Shown here: positions 37,086 through 50,300 of the stretch, in pieces
Layout of the letters: every line of letters begins with the position of its first letter
How positions within the stretch are numbered: position 1 is the first letter of the stretch
Assembly: GCA_028534125.1 (NCBI GenBank)
Contig: CM052816.1
Span: forward strand, 99,636,001-99,700,000
Direction: 5' to 3'
DNA from: Lama glama
Taxonomy: Eukaryota
DNA: 64,000 nucleotides
Notes under the pieces: model-generated
Databases searched by the model: none
What the model was told of the DNA's origin: nothing
Seen by the model: the letters and a program-made list of their open reading frames with translations, nothing else
Position numbers and translations under genes: made by a program

Positions 37086-40000
37086 TTTTCTGTCCAGAGC
37101 CTCGTTGCCTTGGACTCTAGAGACATCCAGATCGGGTGGGTCCAGACGACTGATTCACAGGCTGCAGCCAAGCTTGGTCCTCAGCTGCTGCAGACTTGAA
37201 ATACAAAACAATAGCATAACACTCACAGGTATCTTTCTTCAAGGTCCTGAGCCTCTCAGGAGTGCCAGCACCCTCATGTATCCACCATCCCACTTCCCTC
37301 CCCATGCACTGAAACGATCAGCGCTGACTTGTTTTCAAGGATCAATGAATGCTTATTTCTTCTGCTAAATTTCAAGCTGAATGTTGAAAGCAACAGAAAC
37401 CATGTGAATGTATTGAAAGCTGCCTCTTCTAGCTGACAATGTTTACGCATGAAATGCCATTTCTAAGTTTGAAATCTGGGCGTGAGGTTTAGGTGTGATG
37501 GGAGTGGTTACTCCCATTAAACAGTTTAACCCCGAATACTATGTGTGCTTGGCCACTCCTTCCCTCTGGGTTGGGAGATCTGAGGTCCTAGGGTTACCAA
37601 GGAAAGGATGCCATCACCAGCGCTGCCCTGAGCATGTCCAGGCTGTGTCAAGGTCCTTCATTACCTCCTAATGCCATTGCGGGCCAAGTTACAGAGAAAG
37701 AGGTGCAGCAGAAAGGACGCCAGCATTCAGGTGTCGTGACCTCAAGTGCCGTGGTTTACCAGGCACTGTCACATAGGGGACTTCCATGGAGAGATAACGT
37801 GTTTATCAAACTCATGAGCCTAACCAATCGAAACTTATATATTCACATTCGAACTTCATTACCCATGTGTCCAAATGCCATTTTGCAGCGCATGTGATTT
37901 CCCATCATGGGAAGCAATGAAGTAAGAAGGAGGCTTGGCTTGACTGGATCAGTTCCAAACCTTCGTCTTCAAATCTTCAACCCATCCCTGCTGCCGACAG
38001 ACCTCAGGTGGGAGAGTATTCAAGCACGCGTCCCATTCCAGGCACGCGGAAGAGGCATCGGCAGCGGCTTTAGATGCTAAGTCTGAGTGTTCACGAGTCT
38101 GTGTTATTTAACAGGTTGCAACCGCTTGTACATCTTGCTGGGTTGGGAGCTGAGGCGCTTCCTGCAGAACTTGGACCTAAGTCTCGGTGAAAGAAGAGAC
38201 CCACTGAGTGTATTCGAATCGTAAATATACAAAGCATGTTACATTTGTGTATCAAAGTATACGCTTTTCCTTAGGAACAAAGGTTTCTCCTTCCAGTGTA
38301 TCAAGCAGGTGGAGTCTACCCTCCAACTCTCAAGTCCACATGGAGACGCGCCCTGGTGTGCACGCGGACTTACAAAGAGCAACCAGCAAGCGCTCCCTCT
38401 CAGCTTCTCATCTGCAGAGTGAACCAGCAACACAAAAACCACGGAGCGGAGGCTCAGCAGCCTTTCTGTTTTTCTATCAAATAAAGAAACAAACTTGAGC
38501 CCATCCTTGAACGAACAGCAAAATATGGGAACGGTTGCTATACTCCTATCTCAGATTCATTTTCCTTTAATTCCTCAAGGAAGAAGCGGAAGTAAAATAT
38601 GGCTTAAATACAGCGTCAGGTCCCCATTTCCTCCGTGCCAGTCTGTGTCTGGGCGGAGACTGGTCGCTCTCCCGTAAGATCTTCACAATAAGCACCGCGT
38701 GGCCTTCTGGAGTAACCAGCGACAGAGCACCTGACTGCACGCATTTAGTATCAACGTAAAGTCACTTGAATCCATCCTAACTTTCTGCTACTGTCCCTGC
38801 CTTAAGGTCAATATGATTTAACTGACAATCAGAGCTATATTGTCATTAACATCTTCTAAGTCACAGTGCCTTTCCTACTAATTAAAAAAATTTTTTTTTC
38901 TAAACTCATGCTCTATTCGGTGGGTTCCTAACCCCCTTGTCCAAACAAGGGTGGTGCCTCACAGTGGCTGGAAAATCTCAGCTCAGACCTGCATTCCCAG
39001 CTTTCGTGCCTGCACAGCTCTAGATGACAATGTCTTCAGGGAGGGGACGGTCATGACTTTGTTAAAACCCTGACCCGGAAATAAGGCAGACAGCAGGGCA
39101 TGGCGACCACCGAGCTGCCCTTCTGATCCCTCTCCAGCCTCCAAGGGAAGAGCATCTTTCCCACATTAAAGAACCAAGAGGAAGAGAAATACTTCTCACC
39201 GTAGCATCTGTGCCTCTCTGAGCGGGGGTTAGAAATGGGTTATTTAACATCGGCTGTTCCTTCTGGCCGGCAGAAGCTGTTGGAGGAGTGGGTTTTCAGA
39301 AGTTGCACTGGGTAGGTTTGCATATTGATCTCTGAAGGTCCATTAACTCTCTGCTGAATACTGCTGACATCACAGATGGATGCCTGTTTAAACCAGGAAA
39401 CCACCTGGGGACTCTGGCTATCGACTTGAGATGGCAGTGGTGTCCTGCCAGAGGACAGGGGACTTTCTGCTACGCCTGTCTCTTCTCCTTCGCCTCCCTC
39501 ACCCCCCCAGCCCTGCCCCTGGTCCTGGTTGGTCCCCTTCTCTCTCCACCCGACTCCGCACCACTTTTTGTTTCACTTTGTTTACGCTGTCAGTTTTTAA
39601 ATCTTCTTTTCTTTCCGATGAGTGCATCATTCTCACTTGGATGTGCAGGTTCAGCTTGGAACAGGCTCTCGTACGAATAGCAAAGCTTTATGAATCTTCT
39701 CAATGACACATTTGTTTGGCTCATTAAGAAAACCATTATCACATAATGATGGGAGGACTAAAATGTGCTTTTTCAAGTCATATTATAAACTTACTTTATT
39801 ATTTGGCTATTTTAGGAGATTAGACAGCCTAAGTGAATGTCTAAGCTTTGAAACAAAGGGAAAGAGAATTCTGAGTCACTGATGAACACTTGAAGAGGGA
39901 AAAGATGGTGGAACCAATTATAAATCTACCAGAGACTCTGCCGTGGTGTGGATGTGCGTCTGCACTCACCCTGATCGATTCAATCGTCGCCTCTCGTCTG

Positions 40001-40609
40001 TTTGGGAACAAACACCAGACGTGATGGAGGCCCAGCGCCCCCCTCCATGGATTACTCTCACCTCTGCCCACCGGCACCCTCCCCTCCACTCCATCGATAC
40101 CTCGGAAACATAATTTGTATTAGCAGTTGTTTCTTTAATTAAGATCTCTCCCAAGTCTTTCTCATCAATTCACACCATTAACGTTCTGACCAGACGGCTT
40201 GTGCCGAGCAGGCATGTTTCCCCGAGAAGCCACGTCAGGCTGCAGGACGCTGGGTCACAGCAAGCAGCCTTCCAGGGCCAGCGGGACACGCACGCAGGAG
40301 CCACACTGTAATTCTGTTTTTAAATTCAGGCACTCGCATGGCGAATGCACTGGAACCCCCAGGAAACAGTCCAACGTGTTGATTTTCAAGTGACCCCTGA
40401 GGCCTACAGAGAGCAACACACCTACAAAGTCCAATTTAGAATCAGCTGACCAGAGCTCGGCGCGAAGGGCCGAGGCGGCTGTAACCGCAGAGGCGCCAGG
40501 CTGACCCTTCCAGTGGAGTGAGGAAACAACAGGAGTTACTTGTGGGTTTTTAAATGCTTAAATAAAACACATCTTTGCCTCTTATTAAAACCCAAGTAAA
40601 TTTTAATTA

Positions 40610-41365
40610 AATTACAGAGAAATCTGTAAAAATTAAATCACAAAAGCTAAATGAACATAACGTCAAGCAATCATCTGATCTCTTGATGAGGAAGCATTTT
40701 CTATGGAAAAGAACGGTAACATGTCTCAGAAAAAGACTACATTTGATTTTATTGTTGCACTTAGCTATAATACAATTAAAAGGAAGGAATTATGAAGACG
40801 TCTCTGTAACAAATACGACAGTAGAAATACCCTTAACATACAAGAGCTGTTAAATACCTGTAAGACCGTCACTACAGCTCCCAACATAAAATGGAGAAAA
40901 TGAAACGAAAATGCGTTTCACAGAAGAGTGTGAGAAATGGTGATAACCATAAAATTAGTTTAATATTGCTAGTAATAAAATAAAACAAAAAGAAAATGCC
41001 AACACGTCAAATGAATTAAGCATGAGCACTGCAAGACTCGGTACTGGAGAGGCGTGGCCACGTTGCCTCTTTAGAGACTGTCGGGCTGAGTGACAATTGG
41101 CACATTTCTTAAAATCAATTTAGCAATGAATCCAGAAACTTATACGTGTAAAAAATGTATAGATTTACAAGTGAAAGTAGTAATTTCATTTCCAGAAATA
41201 TGTTCAATGGATATAATTGAGAAAAGGTTTCTATTCAATAATTTTATTGTAGCATTATTTTAATATAAAATTTGAAAAAATATAAATATACAAAAAAAGG
41301 GACTAGTAGCATCAACATGGTAGAGTTGAAATAGTGACCATTAAAATATTTTTCAAGAAATTCCC
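40610..41365 (+). mobile_element. Ancient L1 (L1ME-like) ORF2 end remnant
   Basis: A-rich sense strand with decayed motifs: acatacaagagct, tttcacagaagag...gaaatgg, aattggcacatttcttaaaatcaatttagcaat, ttattgtagcattattt. Confidence 0.6.
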
Positions 41366-41689
41366 ATAACCAGGCCTAACTAGAGACAATCAGTAGGTTT
41401 TTCAGTAGGAAAAAAAGTAAGAAACAGGTTTGAAAGTATTTCCCACAGTGAAAACATATCATTTTTAAAAGTAAGGGAACATTTTTTTTTAAATGTCCTA
41501 AGGGGACTTTTAGCATGGAAAAGCAACTTCGGGATAAACTTAAGAAGAAAAGCAACTGTGTGTTGAAATCTTTTTTTTTCTTTTTTTCAAATATGATCGT
41601 GGTTGATTCCCTTATCCAGCGGCTGTGTCAGCGGCAATAATTTTAGTGTATTTGGAGATAAGGAAATCACACAGGCTAAATAAAGACAG

Positions 41690-41790
41690 TACTACCAGTT
41701 AGCGATTACTGAGCATTTATTTTGTGCCAGGCACTGTACCGAGGTCTTAAATTATCTGGTCTGAATTAATGCACAGAACAGCCTTAGGAG
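41690..41790 (-). mobile_element. MIR 3' fragment
   Basis: ttactgagcatttattttgtgccaggcactgtac...aatgcacagaacagccttaggagg. Confidence 0.6.
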
Positions 41791-43489
41791 GCCACTGTCT
41801 GCAGCTCAGATGCTTCCATGTGAAGGTCGCGATGCCCGTGGATCAGCCCCGATCCTCTGTCCGCTTGGATTCTTCTCCCCAAATCTGCCCCTAACTGTTT
41901 TCAGGTGTGACCTGCCACTTGCTTTTCATGGGACCCTTGGAAGGGAAAACAAAATTACACTTATGTCACCAATAAGACAAAGGAAGAAAAAAAAAGCCGA
42001 GGTGGTGGGGGGTGGGGGTAGAAGCACCAGTAAGGCTGAGAGCCCTGCCAGGGGCCTCTGTGGGGGTCCTCAGACCATGTGAATCAGGGACAAAGTGCCC
42101 AGAAGCACTGCCACCCCAGGGCATGCTTCCACCGCCGCTGGTGCCCGGCAGAGCCCGGGGCACTCCCACCAGGGAGGGACAGAGAGAGAGACGGCGGAGG
42201 GGAGGGGACTGAAACGCTCAGCAGGGCAGAAGTGCGTGTTCTGAATCAGGCGATGCTGTCTCCTTTGCTGCCTCACATTTGTGTCCCCGGTGTCCGCATC
42301 TATCTAAGCTCCCTCAGAGCAAGAAGCCTGCTCTATTCAGTAGCCTACATGCTGTGTGAAGAGGGCAGAGTGTGTCCTCAGAACGACGTTGGATGTGTGG
42401 ATACATGGCTTCATGTGTCTTAAAGTAACGGGGACATAGGACTCCCCGACCAGACTAGTTACGATGTCAGCAGCTCAAGCTACGTCATACACGTGGACGC
42501 CACTGCCAACAGCCCCTTGGGAACCAGACACTCTAAACGGCCTTGACCTTTCCTTCCCCTGGGAGCACAATGTGTCCTACGTACAGCCTGGAACACAGCC
42601 TCTACAGAAAGAGCCAGGAGTGCAAGGGCCTCTTCCAATGTGAAGCGTCCGAGGCCCAAGGGGGCCGGATCTCCACTGATCGAAGGGGCAATTTTTTCAT
42701 CGTTGTTCAGCCATGTAAACGCAACTTTCAAGGCCACCCGCCTGAAAGTTAGTTCTTCCCCAAATTCCCCTCCTGAGTCCTCTCAGTTACGCCGTCTGGT
42801 CTCCCCCCCTGAAGCTGTGCTCACACCTGTTACATGCCTTGTGAGAGCTGCCTCCAAGGTGAGCTGTGTGTCCTCGCCATCTTCCCCCGTGTCCCGGTTT
42901 TAAACCAACGCTTACATCAAAATGAATATTTGAATATATGTTTCCTTTGAATTTAATTGCACATAATTAACATTCTTGAAATACCTGACTTTAGCACATT
43001 ATTACCAGCTCTAGACTATACCTAAACTATTCTACTTTGCCAAGAGGTCTCATTTTTATTTCTGCAATTCCTCTCTCCTCCTCCGCCCTCCCTCTCCTCC
43101 TGTCACTCTCCTCCCCTCCCCCAGAGCCACAGGCACAGAAAGCACCACCTCGCGCCCAGCCGGCCCATCAGAGACTAGCGTGGACAGCCTTTCTCGCGCC
43201 GCACGTCCCCGGGACCCTGCTTAGCGCTGTGAGCTGCAATTCTTCAGAAACGGGGTCTTTCCTCACCTGCGGCAACAAGGTGGCTTGTCTCCTCTGGGTG
43301 CACGAAGCCCACAGCTGTGCTGCCTGTCAGGGGCGAGACCGGAGAGCAGCGTTCCCAACCGATGACCCAAAGGCCATATTCTCCCTTCGCAGGAACAGGA
43401 CGCACCCCAGACAGCAAGCCGTTAAAAAAGAGCCAAATAACTTGAGCAAAAGGAAACAGGAAAGCGAATCTCAAGAGCGACCTCAAAGA

Positions 43490-43900
43490 AAACAGGGGCC
43501 AAGTGCCACCCGAGGGGAGGACCGACGGCCGGACGTGTGCCAACAGTCCAGCGCGCCTGGCGCCGCGTGCGAGTCGGAGCGGCCCTGGGGAGGCTCACGC
43601 GGCTCAGGCTTTCTTCTGGGGCCTTTCCTAACGCGCAGCTCCGAAGGCCCGCCTGGTCGTCCGCTTAGTCAGCTGAAACCCATAGACCAAGGCCGAGGTT
43701 AGACCCCTGTCGGTCCTTGAACCCTGCCTGGTAAGAGCAACTCCAGTCACGCGCGACTCACGTGCCCAGAACACGGCGCTCACCGTCGGAGGAGGACCCG
43801 CTGGACGCCGCGAGGTTACGCCTTAACCACGCGAGGGCTGCCTGAAGTCCGCGCCTGCTGCGCATGTGCGTGACAAATCACTACGCGGCGCTTCTTAAAC
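43490..43900. promoter_or_regulatory. Small CpG-dense promoter-like element
   Basis: High CpG density, an NRF1-like TGCGCATGTGCG (43859-43870), an E-box CACGTG (43759-43764) and a donor-like CTG|GTAAGA (43728-43736). No associated gene was identified. Confidence 0.4.
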
Positions 43901-44034
43901 AGATACAATTTGTATTACGCATTTTAAAATACTTTTCGAAGCATAATTCAAGCTGTGTATTTGTACAGCATAGATTAGAAACTAAGAGAGGCATAATTTG
44001 AAAATGATTGTACAACGCTTATAAATCTGGAGTT

Positions 44035-44818
44035 CTTTTTTTTAAATTTCTTATTGAAGTGTAGTTGATTTACAATGTTAGTCTCAGATGTACAGCAAAG
44101 TGATTCAGTTCTACATATAGATACTTTTTTCTTCTTTTCAGATTCTTTTTCATTTTATGTTGTTACAAGAAATTTAATAGCGTTCCCTCTGCTATGCAGT
44201 ATGTCCTTGTCGTTTACCTATTTTGTATATAGTAACATGTATCTGTTAATCCCCAACCCTTAATTTAGCCCTCTCTGCCCTTTCCCCTTTGGTAACCATA
44301 GTTTGTTTTCTATGTCCAGGAGTCTGTTTTTGGTTTGTAAATAGCATTGGTATCATTTTTTTTTTAGATTCCACATGTAAGTAATGTCATATGATATTTG
44401 TCTTTCTTTGACTTACTTCACTTAATATGATAAACTCTAGGTTCATCTGTGTTGCTGCAAATGGCTTTACAACATTTTTTATGGCTGAGTTATACATATA
44501 TAGTTTACATATATGCCAGATGTATACATAGCCAAGTAGTGTTTATCTTGTTCATCCAGCCATCTGTTGATGGACATTTGTGTTGTTTCCATATCCGGGC
44601 TATTATAAATAGTGCCACTATGAATATTGGGGTGCATGTGTCTTTTCAAATTACATCTTTCTCCAGATATATGCCCAGGAGTGGGATTGCTGGATCACAT
44701 GGTAAGTCTATTTTTAGTTTTTTCAGGAACCTCCATGCTGTTCTCCACAGTGGCTGCACCAAACTGCACTCCCACCAGCAGTGTAGGAGGCTCCTTTTCC
44801 TCCACAGCCTCTCGGTGT
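44035..44818 (-). mobile_element. Cetartiodactyl L1 3' UTR plus ORF2 C-terminus
   Basis: Poly-T, then the L1 3' UTR. ORF 44646..44834(-) reads [41 protein letters not shown], the L1 ORF2p cysteine-rich C-terminal domain. Confidence 0.95.
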
Positions 44819-45039
44819 TCTTAGTGAATGTCATGTACAGATAAACTATGTTTTGTGGAGGGAGTTATGGTGCTCTCGACAGACACAAATGTAAAGAGTT
44901 CAGCTGTAAGGTGAAACTGTCCAAACCAAAAAGTGATCCAAATATGTATGCGTCCTAGAGACATTCACAAACTTCCTTCGAGGACCTTACATCCGCCAGG
45001 TCTAAGGAAAATCAGGTGACAGGTGACAAGGCTGTTACT

Positions 45040-45262
45040 AGTAACAGCCACCGCTTGCTGAGCACCCCCAGGTCAGGGGTCCCGCCAGGTACCCCCGTAG
45101 TTACTTACTCTAACCCTCACAGCCCCCTTCATAGGACAGACAGCACTGCTCACAGTTGTCTGTGACATAACACACTTAGAGGCGTTTTGGCGCTGACTCA
45201 GGTCCCGAGGACTCAAGTCCAAGTCTCCAGGGACCACACCTGTGTCCTTAACCACCAGGCTG
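45040..45262 (-). mobile_element. MIR remnant
   Basis: taacagccaccgcttgctgagcac...taaccctcacagccc...ggactcaagtccaagtct...ccttaaccaccaggctg follows the antisense MIR layout. Confidence 0.5.
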
Positions 45263-45812
45263 CCCGGCTCCTCATGCGTCTTCTCCATCGCGTCCTCCCG
45301 AGAGCTACCTTTGGGGTCACTTTATGGCGGAGACAATAGCCACAGACAGCTTTGTGTGTGTTCACTTCTGTTAGACATGAGCTAGAACTTTTTCACAAAA
45401 TTAAACTACTTCTACAGAAATGATTTAGTGAGGGTCCAAATGGTTGTGAGAAAATTCTGATGAACTGCTGACTGTCAGGGAGTCTAAATTCTGTGCTTCT
45501 TTGATCAGAGGGACAAGGGAACTCTGGAATCCTTGTGGAATCAGTAAGTATTAGCAAAACTGATCGAAAACCACATAGAATATTCTCAAGGCATATCAAG
45601 TCTTTTGAACATCACTTGCAGGGCTGTCATAAAACACTAAAATAGCATTAAATGCTATAAATGGCACAGTTTTGTTTGCAAGATATTGGCAGTAGATTAA
45701 AGCAATTGTTCCACTCCATGACATTAATTTGGTGTTCAATAGTAGTAACTTCAATGAAAACAAAATCTGTCCAATATCTCAGCATTTTATGGGCAAAAGG
45801 ATTAGCTCATCA

Positions 45813-45895
45813 TAGAGTGACCAGCCTCCCTAGTTTTCCCGGAGCTTCTCCAGGGTTAGTGCTGAAAGTCCCGTATCTGTGCCAACCAGGACAGA
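45813..45895. mobile_element. hAT-Blackjack MITE remnant (MER81-like)
   Basis: tagagtgaccagcctccctagttttcccggagcttctccagggttagtgctgaaagtccc resembles recalled tagggtgaccaac..tcccggtttgcccgggactgtcccggttttagcactgaaagtccc. Confidence 0.6.
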
Positions 45896-46199
45896 AGAGC
45901 ATCTCAGCCGATTGTGAAATTAATTAGAAAGGAACAGCCAGATGTCTTCTCGCAGCAGGGACAGGACACGTCTGTGTGCGGTGAAGCTGTCTGAGACTCT
46001 TCGGATGATAGAGCCTTTGATCTGAATATTGAAGGAAAATTATGCCACGAGAAGATGAGGATGAGCTTGAGGCAGAAAGGGAAGAAGGTATAAAGAACTG
46101 GCAGGTGCTGGGGGGTGGGGGCAAGACCCAAGAATTCCCAGGTTGCCAGAACAGCAAGAGGGCAGAGTGCAGGTCCTGGAAGTGTGTGTACACCCAGGC

Positions 46200-46540
46200 C
46201 TGAATTACCAGAGCAGAAGGAGGGCTGGAGCTCTTGTCTTCTAAAGCACAGGATCTTCTGTAGAATCTAAGAAAGAAGCAGAGTAAGTCATCTTCAAAGG
46301 TCGGACATCATTAACCAAGACAGGAAACTGGGAAGAGTGGCATGGTTTCACAAAGAAGATCGTGCATTGTGTTCTAGATGGACTGAGAGCTAGAGGTTTT
46401 CTGTCCATCCAGTTAGAGGCATTTAGCAGGTAGACAATCAAGGAAGAATCTGAAGCTAAGGGTGTGAATTTGAGGTAACTGCAGAGAACTGATCAAGAGG
46501 TTAGATCAGATGGTCCAGAAAGAAGCTCTAGAGAGAAGAA
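46200..46540 (-). mobile_element. L2 remnant
   Basis: Purine-rich stretch with catcattaaccaagacaggaaactgggaagag...catccagttagaggcatttagcaggtag...gtgaatttgagg, L2-like. Confidence 0.45.
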
Positions 46541-46809
46541 AAACATGTCATGAGCTGTTGAAGTCGTACAAAGGAGATCATCAGAGTTAGCAGTCCCACA
46601 TGCAGAAACGTGACCTGCAGAAAAGTAATTAGGAAGCAGGTGTAGCTGTAAATAAATAAACACATTGTGTTTTTTAAAAATGGCATCTTTAACTCTGGAG
46701 ATGCAGTCATTAGTGTTCAGCAATCTGTTCGGATGCTCAAGCCTCCTGCTAGGTGAAATGGCCCACTGTAAGGGCATCAATCTGCCCTTGACCTCAAGAC
46801 GATCCACCC

Positions 46810-47330
46810 TTCATTCATTCATTCACTGAACACCAAGTTTCTGTCCTCAGATCGCGTGATGACATAAGCATCGGGGCCATCCTTGCTTGGCACTGCAGGG
46901 ACACATAGCTGAGTGAGAAATAACCCTCCTTAGTCAGGAGCTCATGGTCTTCTCGAAGGGGTACTCATTGAGGAGAGATCTATACCCTGGGAATGTTGGG
47001 ACAGCATGCCAGCGTTATGACAGAGACATGCAGGCAAGGCCGACCTGGGAGCACGTGGACACGGGTAACAAAAGGTTCCCCCTGAAGAGAAGGTTGCACA
47101 GTGAAGAGTGAGGACTGGAGGTGGGGCAGTTTCCAGGCAGAGGAACGCTCACTAGGGTAAAAGCTGACGGAAGGAAGGCAAGGCTGGTGCAGATGTAGGT
47201 CAGCAGTGGGGAGGAAACAGGGGTGGGCAAACGTCTCCACCCTGGGGGTCTCCATTTTCTTAATCAGGAAACAACGCCATGAATATTTGAACTGTCGCTG
47301 AGCAAGATGGAAGGAGATGATGACATAACG
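46810..47330 (-). mobile_element. L2 3' end
   Basis: Starts with ttcattcattcattca (L2 tail), then ggcactgcagggacacatagctgag...tcaggagctcatggtct and tttccaggcagaggaac. Confidence 0.65.
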
Positions 47331-50300
47331 TCCCTGAGGATGCTCTGAAATGTGGATCCGAGCTCAGTGGCCTGACCCGGCCACTGCCAAGTGTGTAGAC
47401 AGAACAACGTTCTTGACACTAACTATGCTAAACACACTGTACGAACCAAGAGGAATTCCGAGTGTGGCGTGTGCTCCGCGCAAGTGGTACCTTTGGTCAG
47501 AACGCCCTCCATGGTTGGATGAGTAGAGGCGTGAATATAAGGGTTCTGAGAACAAGGAGGTCAATGAAAGCTGAGGGAGAATAAAGGCTGAAGAAAAGCA
47601 CAGGCCAATGCTTCTGTTTTCCATGAAGGTGGAGCATTGAAAGACCAGCAGATGACTGCAAGATAGTCGGCCAAGTCCATACTTGGCCTTGAAGGCATTT
47701 TTTAGGATCTGAGAAAATTACATTAACTATGGTTGCTTGAAGAGTAATTTGATTTTCTTCCAGCTCATTACATGGTGCTCCTGAAGGAGGTTAGCCTTAG
47801 AATGATTCTTTCCCAACAGGATTCTGCACATTTTCTCCCAATTTGTAGAGATTAAAAAAAAAACCTAAATAAATATCATAAGGACTCTATATTAATTTTC
47901 TGCTTTGGGAGTACTGGATATTTTTGGTCCAACTTATTGAAACTTTCTAAGATGGTTTGTTTATACACTGATGTTTAGGAAGTAAAATCAGTGACAAAAT
48001 TGAATATAATTCTCCAACTTTTATCCATATGCCCCTTAGATATCAACTGCTCTAGAAATCCTTTGTGCAAATACATATGAAGCTGAAAGCGGAATTAATA
48101 GAATCCAAATTTGGGTCAAATAAATTATTGCTTAGTCTTTGCTAAACAGGGTAACCAGGGGTATGAAGTGTTATTTCATAAGCGGCATTAACCTGTCGAA
48201 TGCTAGAATTTCACATTTCAGATCCCATGTAAGAAAGGTACAAATGGATGCAGCTCCACTTCCCATGATTTGTACTTATACTGTTATTCCTTTAATACAT
48301 CAGTGTCATTAGGGTACGTGTCTTGGGTGACTTGAATAGATTGGTGTCTAGTATTATATGGTGTGATTATAAAACTCTAGAGTCTAACTTTTAAAGCCTT
48401 GAGGTAAGAAAGACCATGAATATTAAAATTTTTAGAATGTATCAAAACATTTCGAAGTTCAAGCTTTATGGAAATCCCAGTCATGAGAGATTCTAATTGG
48501 TTTTCTCTCAACAAATAGAGACAAACTTTCTCAAGACAAAAGCTTCAAATGACTGGTAAATCAAATTCTTAAGCCTTCTTGGACATCTAAAAGCTCTTAC
48601 AAATAAATATTTAAGCAAGCTGGCTTTAAACGGATTAAAAACACATGGTCAAATAGTCCTCAAAACCCACAGGACTTATTTTTCAAAGGAAAATGCATTC
48701 AGCAAAATGCAGTTTAAATTTGACAGACCTCTCCCCTAACCCAAAGTATAGGATTTTGAGGAATTCAAAACATCAATCACTTCTCATACGCAAAACCTAA
48801 AGTACTGAAAGATGGATTCATGAGTTGATGATGACCACGAGTTGATATCAGGCAGCTTTGGGGAAGAATATGCCCTGGAACTGTACAAATGGATATATAC
48901 TGGGTGTTCCTACAAGGCATGTCTGCTCCTCAAATTTCCCAGAGCAACTTTCAGAGGAGAAGACGTAATAACAATTATTTTCCTCCCACATGTAATTTAA
49001 TGAATAATGAATACATCATCATAAGAGGTTAGATAATTTGTAGCATTAATCTGTCTAGGATAATTGCCAAGTATTTAATATTACACAAGGCACTGTATAA
49101 GGGATTATGAGATTATAAGTAAGAAAAAATAGCTTCTCTAGGAGTTTAAAATCGAATGGTAGGGACACACACACCTCAGGAAAAGACAGCAACGCAGGAT
49201 CCAAAGAAAGCATTTTGGCTGGCGCTCATCACACCTTTTCCTGACATTTGTCACTTGCCTCCTGCTTTCAGCTTTGTCATCAACCATGTGTACACGTCCG
49301 AAGCATCCTTCCCTGACAGGGTTAAACGTCTCACTGTAACAGAGGAAGAGAAAGGCCAGAACAGTTATGAATTTTTAATGAAATTACTGCAAAGCAAATT
49401 TCAATTATCACACCCACCTCTAATGATCACTTAGCATATTCCAGTTTTATTGGCTCGCCCTCCCTCTCTCAGGCTTCTTAATTCTACTAATTTGACATAA
49501 TGTGAAAGGTTTCATATGTCTTTATTAATGATATATGCTCAGTGATTTATTTTACTCATAGACAAGACTACACTTAGTGTATCAGCTCTGTTAGCAAACA
49601 TGTAATTTATGTGTCATTTCTTTTCTAGAAAATCAGAACCCGCCCTCCCCATTCTACCAGAAACAACAGAGGGACCCACAGAACACAATACAGTTATATT
49701 CCCGGTGTAATCAACCACCAGGCAGCTACATGGAAAGGAAACAGCAACAAAAAAGCAAGACCCCAAATGAAGCTTCCGGTTACATATTTTTGATGTAACT
49801 GAGAAGCTATTGGCTTAAGTGAGGGGAACAGATAAGCGTGTTCATCCTCAACCGTCGTCTTTTAAATATCGTAAATTTGGAGGATTTTTCTTAAGCTGTT
49901 AATTTTTGTTAGTAAAATTCCACCTCCCTTCTCCCAAACGGGTGTCCTATTTAACGTCTTCTTACGTCCACCTGTTGGTGAGGACGCTGCCCCCAGCAGT
50001 GCAGGGCGCCACGCACACGGCGACGCGGGTCTGCGGTGTGTCGGGTGCGCGTGCTGTCGGGGAGACGCGACACCCCAGGGGCGCGGCCGCTTGCCCTGTG
50101 ACTCCGTGTTGGTGCAGAGCGTGTGTGAGGCCTGAACTTCTACACATCAGTGTGCATTTTTGGAAATAGGTGACTTCTAAGTACATTTGTTTTTCTCCTA
50201 AAATAAAATCCACATGCAATTTGAATTGCATAACCGCTACTCAAAAGCAATCTAATAAAATTTAAGAAACAGATTCAGTGCCCTAGATATTTAATCTGCA

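Noticed and set aside
37498..37517. Hairpin atgggagt-ggtt-actcccat
   Set aside because: An 8-bp stem is near chance expectation in 64 kb, and there is no ncRNA context.
43037..43702. Longest ORF (221 aa, + strand)
   Set aside because: Non-ATG start, low-complexity P/S/R/A composition and no recognisable domain; expected by chance in GC-rich DNA.
49621..49800. Acceptor-like ttttctag followed by two open frames of about 55 codons
   Set aside because: Neither translation is recognisable and no partner coding exons were found; unsupported without RNA-seq.
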